Assembly (NCBI GenBank): GCA_043228905.1
Contig: JBHGNT010000020.1
Span: forward strand, 5,518,001 to 5,582,000
Length of the DNA: 64,000 bases
Source of the DNA: Azolla caroliniana
Taxonomy: Eukaryota > Plantae > Polypodiophyta
Direction of reading: 5' to 3'
Positions 57,851 to 64,000 of this stretch are shown here, in pieces. The notes under the pieces were generated by a model. It was not told the origin of the DNA, ran no database searches, and saw nothing but the letters and a program-made list of their open reading frames with translations. How positions within the stretch are numbered: position 1 is the stretch's first letter; each line of letters starts with the position of its first letter. A program made the position numbers and the translations under genes.

Positions 57851-57981
57851 GAGCACTGCTTATAAATACTAGCAGCAGCCACCTATTGGACGATTGTGCT
57901 TTGAAACAAGCACTGATTGATGGAACTGTTGCTGGATGTGCATTAGATGGCGTGGAAGGTCCTCAATGGATGGAAGCATGG
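57851..57981 (+). CDS. AN: ANGUSTIFOLIA exon 3
   Basis: GALLINTSSSHLLDDCALKQALIDGTVAGCALDGVEGPQWMEAW; AG/GTAAGT; phases fit. Confidence 0.92.
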
Positions 57982-58281
57982 GTAAGTTTCTACTTTCCAT
58001 CCTGTCTTTCTTATACGTTCTATATTCCTATACTAGTTGTGACTATCTTAAGGTAAGATGGCACAAAAATAGTTAGGCCATCTTCTCTAACTGAGCAGGC
58101 ATCTCGTTTGTTCAGGGTTAAAAGATCAGGATTTATTATGATGCATGATGTTATATATATAGCAATGCATTTTTCTTAATGGGATTTCATGATCTCAACT
58201 TGGAACAATCCTCACAGCAAGAGCATGGACAATAGAACGTATTCTTGAAGCAAATAACTCAACTTTGGCCTATTTTCTTAT

Positions 58282-58282
58282 T

Positions 58283-58329
<47 letters not shown>

Positions 58330-58500
58330 AATATTAACGTCTTTTAAGAGGCCAAAATGGCCTATAAGATCAAACAAGAGATTACATCTTAAGTGTTGTC
58401 TCATCTTTGAGAACAACAAATCAAAAAAATAAGTAAACAATACCCCGTAAATATAAAAGTATATAAGATAAAAAGAGACGAGGGAATCTATCATTTAGGT
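58282..58500 (-). mobile_element. Short LINE-3'-end/SINE-like insertion in AN intron 3
   Basis: (GAAA)~12-TATTAACGTCTTTTAAGAGGCCAAAATGGCC...GAGATTACATCTTAA shared with the 57580 copy; right boundary uncertain. Confidence 0.65.
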
Positions 58501-59461
58501 CATAGCTGTTATGGCTATTGGTCAGAAGTGGGTAAGAAAGACATCATGCTCCAAGAAATGCCGGCAAACTTGAAGAGTAAATGTAACACAATGATCATCC
58601 AATACTATGAGTTAACCAATAGTGAGAGTAAGTATCTATGCCCCCTTAGCAAGTTTGCATCCAAAACACAAACCCATAAAAATTTGGAATTACACTGATA
58701 AGGAGATCTTTGTACATGCAATTGAACTCTACAAGAAATTGAAAATATAACCACATTTATCAAACTATTTATAAGCTATAATTTATGAGGTTATTCATTC
58801 TCAGGTTTTGGGTGGTTTTTCATAAAGTTCTGATTTTATTTTGGCTCTTTTCGGTAGCCGTTGTGGTGATACAAATCATTCTATTTACATTGTAACTGAT
58901 AACAATGCACTTTCCTTAAGATGGATTCTATCTATATTTGTAGTTTTTGATTATTTTGTTGTAAATATTTACCATTTTAAGCACTGGTAAAACCTATCCT
59001 TCTTGAGGTGTACGTTTCTTATGATGTATTCTATCCCTATTTGTAACGTCGTGGTTATGCTTGTGGTCAATATACCATTTAAACATTGGTAAAAATATTA
59101 TGCTTCTTGAGATTTGGCGAATATCTCTATGAATAAAATCTAAAATCTTGCTTTTAATCTCAATTTAAAAATGTCCAAACTAATAGGTGAAGATCGCACT
59201 CATAGTTTATGCATGTACTTACATTTGTAACTTGCATGTTTCATCTGTTTATATGTATTTGTTTGGACATTTTGTTTAGCATCTTTTCGCTAGTAAGGTT
59301 TGTGACCATATAGATATGTGTATGGGTTCATATTGACAAGTGCATCTCATTTAAGCTCAGTTTGGTTATTTTGTCATTATTAGAATGGATTGTTTACTAT
59401 TACAAAGTGCTTTCCGGCGTTAATGAACCTGAAAAAATAAGATGTTCTTGTTTTTCCCCAG

Positions 59462-60280
59462 GTCAGGGAAATGCCAAATGTGTTGATTTTGCCCCGAAGT
59501 GCTGATTATAGTGAGGAAGTGTGGATGGAAATTCGGGCAAAAGCTGTCACAATATTGCGATCTTTTCTGTTGGATGGAGTGGTTCCTAGTAGTGCTGTAT
59601 CTGATGAGGATGATGATGATAAGGATTATGCATGGCAAGAAGATAGACAAGATAAACAAGAAGACACACTTTTATGGTCTAGTGATGCAAAACCTTTGGT
59701 GGGACGAGAGATGCAAACAGGACAAGAGCTTCGGCAAAAGCAAATGTATTTCAACACCCCGGATCCTCGCCTTCAGGATGGTGGGATTACACAACCCCTG
59801 AATCAGCGTGATAGCAGGGGTCATGTTAAGGGTTCAGGTAAAAAAGGGAAAAAGCGACCAGGTCGTCGAAAATCTCAAAGAGGTACAGATTCTCCAGCAA
59901 CAGAAAGGGGAACTAATTGGGTTGCATTGCAACGTGATGAACATGGTGGTGCAAGTATAAGTGGAAGAGAACAAGTGCTGAGCTCTAGCTCTAGGTTTGC
60001 TTCACCAGATGATTCAAAGTCTAAACGTGATGGAGAGTACCCAATTGCTGAAGACGTCCATTCTGAAAGAAGAAGCTCTTTAGCCTACAACAATAGGGCA
60101 TTTGGTCAAGCAATTGACATTCTTAAAGAGGGTTATGTAATAGCTCTGCGGGCGGTTGATGGGTCAGGGTACCATGTCGCAAGGCAACGTGGTCCTGGTC
60201 GTGGATGGTGTCTTGACACTATGTCTAATATTACTATTCGTGATCCAGCAGCGCAGTTCCTTGTTGTCTTAAGAAATAGG
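59462..60280 (+). CDS. AN: ANGUSTIFOLIA exon 4
   Basis: VREMPNVLILPRSADYSEEVWMEIRAKA, basic KKGKKRPGRRK, SSSSRFASP, EGYVIALRA...DPAAQFLV. Confidence 0.93.
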
Positions 60281-60380
60281 GTAATGCCTTTCTCTAGTGT
60301 TATTGCGTGAACTTTTGAGTCCAATTACTTGAATGTAAAATGTTTTGAAATACATGTAATCAGTTGGTTTGGTGCTACAG

Positions 60381-60428
60381 GATAGAGTTGGTTTGAGGTC
60401 TCTTGCAGCTGGAGGAAAGCTTTTACAA
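60381..60428 (+). CDS. AN: ANGUSTIFOLIA exon 5
   Basis: DRVGLRSLAAGGKLLQ with CAG/GTAAG sites. Confidence 0.9.
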
Positions 60429-60572
60429 GTAAGATATACGTGTTTCAGTTCTTGAATTTCGAGGTTCCCTACTTCCATTTTTGTGCCATTTGAGCTCCAT
60501 TTACTGAATGGATGCTAATCTAGCTGTCCTTTTCCTGATAAATTCTTACTTCGGATTCCCTTTGTTTTTCAG

Positions 60573-60689
60573 GCAAACAAAAAATTGGAACTTGTGTTTG
60601 TGAATCATACGTTTGATGTATGGGAGAGTTGGATGCTTGATGGCACTGCCTTACAAGAATGCAGGCTTACAAATAGCAAATTTCGCATG
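60573..60689 (+). CDS. AN: ANGUSTIFOLIA exon 6 (terminal exon not in window)
   Basis: ANKKLELVFVNHTFDVWESWMLDGTALQECRLTNSKFRM; CAG/GTGAGT; no stop reached. Confidence 0.9.
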
Positions 60690-61402
60690 GTGAGTTCTTG
60701 TTTTGATTTTCAATGCAGATCTGTATTGAAGTGATTCTTGGAAACTTGACAGTAAGATTTACACTATTATGCTGGATGCTAATAAACTTTTATATGGAAA
60801 ATGATGAAGGAATGTGATGCAGTGGGGAATAATGAACTATACTTGCTTTTTTCATTTAGGCGTTGTAGTCATATTGGATGTCAAATTGCTGACAATTTGA
60901 TGTCTGAATGGGTATACAAATGAATCAAATAATGGAAAGTGAATTTAATTGTTGAAAATGATTAGAGGCAAGTAATCATTTCTTGAGGAAATCTTGGATT
61001 CTGTTGATTGTCTACAGATCAGAAGAACTGTTTGTTTCTGATCAGCTAATTCAGATTTAAGAACTTAGAGTTTCTAATGATTGCTTTTAGATTTTAGAAA
61101 TTTGGATATCCAGCAGCAGACTTAGGTTAAGTTAGGTCTTTAACCTTCTCCTGTATACAAAAAGCCCAGGTGTTGGTTGAATGAAGATCTCCTAAGAATC
61201 TTTATGATATTGATATTAGATTTTTATTGGGAGGGAAAGTTGGTTCTCGGCTGGGACACTCTTGCAGATTTACTTTTATTCATGTAAACTTTTGATTGTA
61301 GTTGGGTTAATAAGAAATATCTATCAGTGCCAAGCTTTGGGATCATACATTGTAATGAATGCATCGAGTCTTCTTAACTATCACCCAATACCCGTCCTTT
61401 TT

Positions 61403-61584
61403 AGATCCCCTTGCCATATTTGCTTATAGAAGTTTTCAAATACACCTTAATTTGAATGGATGAGCACATTATAACTTAATTGCATCTATCCTTCATTGTC
61501 AGATACCCTTGCCATATTTGCTTATAGAAGTTTTCAAATGCATATTAATTTGAATGGATCAACACATTATAACTTAATTGCATC
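61403..61584 (+). repeat. 98-bp-period tandem duplication in AN intron 6
   Basis: CCCTTGCCATATTTGCTTATAGAAGTTTTCAAAT...CACATTATAACTTAATTGCATC occurs twice. Confidence 0.9.
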
Positions 61585-62699
61585 GATCAATTATTTTATT
61601 CTTTAAATTCCTTGCCATGGAAGCTTTGAAGTCATTGCTCATCGCTCTAAATCTACTAAAATATTTTCTGAGCAGCGAAATAAAATGATCTGATTTCTGT
61701 AATAAGGCAAACACTGCACTACCTTTTTCTTTCACATGTACAACATGATTTAAATAGGACACACCTGAGGGAAAAAGTAAACTATATCTGCCTAGTGTGA
61801 GGCTTTCCGACCTGAGTAGATATATATCTATATCTTGCAAGGGGGACTCAACAATGGTCACACGGAGGTTGAGAAAAAACATACAGAAGAGAGTAAAAGA
61901 TAAATCAACCATTCATAAAAAGGGGAAGCATTCAACTGCGCTGGGAACCAAAATCACTCAAAAAAAGCGGTCATGTCATTGCATGCATCAACAATTGGTT
62001 CATCAGACATACGGAGCTCTTGAAGAAACTTGAGAACTCTAAGAAGATGAGGTTTGGAGGTCTGAATGTTGGATGGAAGAATCAGATCTGTGATATTCTG
62101 ATTCAGAAACAATAGTGAAAGCCAGTTGATGGGAAGAGACCCATTGACATGACAAATGAAGACTAGGAGATCTCAATCTACTTGTAACGTTGACGATCCG
62201 ACTTCAAATCATGGATGGACATCTATTTTTTGGTAGTAGACTGCTGTCACATAGGGGAGATTTGGAAGAAGTTGTACGAGTTAGTCCCCTTTAAATCTTC
62301 TCAAGTTACCAGACCACTATGAGTTCCCACATATCATAGGTCCTAATGGATTTGTCCCAAGTCCTAGGACAATTGGTTTCCTACTTATCCAATCCTTCAA
62401 CCATTGAAATTAGCTTTAGAATTGGTTCCTAAGGTTTTTCCTATAACAATACTATGTGCGCAGCCTGTAGAAGGAGCTCCCAAAGTGTTGTAGCAAGAGC
62501 CAAAGACAAGCAACCAAGGAAAAAGGAGAGTAAGACCTTTGAGAAGTTCAAGGTATTGATGGCTATCCGTGTGATCAACCTCTTTCCAATAAAACCGAAA
62601 TGTCTAAAGGTAGCTCAAGTGCTTTGGATGAGTAAAGTGTTGCACTACAATCACTTGGAAACGTGTGTTGCACTATCCATGAGTAAAGTGTGCTGAGAA

Positions 62700-64000
62700 G
62701 ACTGGCCGCTCTTGAGAAATAAAATCAACTGAACCAATCAGCCCAATGAAGAAGGCATTGGGTTTGTCAAACTGAAGAAGGAGGAGATGCTCTATAAGCT
62801 GACGAAGAGCTTATATGCTCTGAAGCTTTCTCTTGAAAATGGTACTGGAAGTACAACTCATTAATGAAGTCGGAGTAAATTTGCTGCAACAATGAAGATT
62901 CGTGCTTGTCTACAAAATAGTTGCAAAGATGGCAGGCTAATCCTGCTCATCTTACACAGGGATCACATGTTGATCATGGAAAAGTTAATGGAGGACATCT
63001 GGACTCTGAAGTTAAGCTGACGTAGATGTTTTGCATGAAGGATTTGGAAGGGGCAAAACATATCTTGGGCATCAAATTGCTTGAGACAGGAAGAGTCGGT
63101 GGATTCACCTACCACAAGGAGAGTACATTGCACAGGTACTTGAATGATTTCACATGAGTTGGGCCAAATTTCTGGGATGCTATGCTGATTCTGACCTACC
63201 TCATAGTATTGGTGATGGCTTGATTATAACACTATGCTGAACATATTATACGCAATGGGTGTGATGAATAGGTTCACGTTAAATCTCAAGAAGAAGCTTT
63301 GCAAAGTGGTGAAAGGTTTCATGTGATACTTGAGAGTACAAGGAGTGGGTTAAGTGGCAGTAGTTGGGTATATAGATTTGGAGTATGCTTGCTGTGTAGA
63401 CAGTTGAGATCAGAATATATCGTCAAGTTTGCAGGAGGTACAGTGTCATGGAGTTCGAGACTCCAGGAGTGCATACTGGTGTCAACAACGGAAGTTGAGT
63501 ATGTTACCACAAGTAAAGCTTGCAAGGAAGCATCATGGCTTTCGTACTTGGTGACAGAGATGGGAGCAACCTGCAAAAATCTGGTTTTCTGCAGTGACAA
63601 TTACAGCATGATCCCGTTGGTGTTGAACTCAGTCTTCCATATACAGGCAAAGCACATCAACGTGCAAAATCAATTCATATGAGACTGCATTGAGAAGAAA
63701 TGTGAGGATCGGGGACACACTGGGCCTAGGATTGTGAATCACTGACTGGCATCTTGATCATTGATCACTGATTGTGGGTCAATGTCAGAAAGTGGAGCAA
63801 GGATTGTGTTTCGAGGAACAGTGTACATGCCCATGAGGTGGGAGATTGAGTTTGGAGTTCTGACATCATCCGAATGTAGAAGCCAGTACTAGGTGAGTGT
63901 AGAGATGGTGCCTATACATTTAGACTATGTAGGGGTAACTGCGTGTATATAAGTTTGACGAAGAATTTTGTAAACTCCTAGCTGTAAATAGAGACACCAA
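62700..64000 (+). mobile_element. Highly degenerate copia RT/RNase H remnant with PPT (63835-63846) and probable 3' LTR start, in AN intron 6
   Basis: KLTKSLYALK, MKDL..AKHILG, GTVSWSSRLQEC...STTEVEY...AKHINV; GAGGTGGGAGAT followed by TG. Confidence 0.75.

Noticed and set aside
61574-61912. 112-aa minus-strand ORF in intron 6
   Set aside because: No recognisable domain; cannot be supported as coding.
60690-64000. Terminal AN exon
   Set aside because: I found no AG-preceded frame with the expected AN C-terminus; the candidate at 60860 hits a stop after 2 codons.

Overview
Eukaryotic genomic DNA, most likely a seed-free land plant (inferred from the plant ANGUSTIFOLIA gene plus Tcn1-like, Ylt1-like and RTE-X-like retroelements). 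Bases 1-54,054 are a nested transposon cluster. It holds decayed Ty1/copia copies, one intact and very young copia (6050-11600), and a four-LTR tandem array of an Athila-like Ty3/gypsy ('family B', 1392-18982). It also holds a second gypsy family ('family A') with 4-bp TSDs, a near-intact RTE-X-like LINE (39686-44939), a chromovirus remnant and a MULE DNA transposon. From 54,456 come six exons of an ANGUSTIFOLIA (CtBP/BARS-like) gene, whose last exon lies outside the window. Four signals stand out. (1) Family B has no polypurine tract next to its LTR; that position holds a sense copy of a tRNA-Arg 3' end (T-arm, acceptor strand, CCA), i.e. a second, inverted PBS, suggesting tRNA-type priming of both cDNA strands. 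(2) All four otherwise divergent family-A LTRs carry an antisense tRNA-like A-box/B-box cassette, and all inserted at NCGN sites. (3) LINE ORF1 and ORF2 are in one frame, separated by a single UGA-CGG. (4) AN intron 1 contains a satellite amplified from the gene's own exon-1/donor junction. Family names A-F are my labels. All alignments and counts were made by eye, and lineage assignments and tRNA identities are from recall, not from searches.
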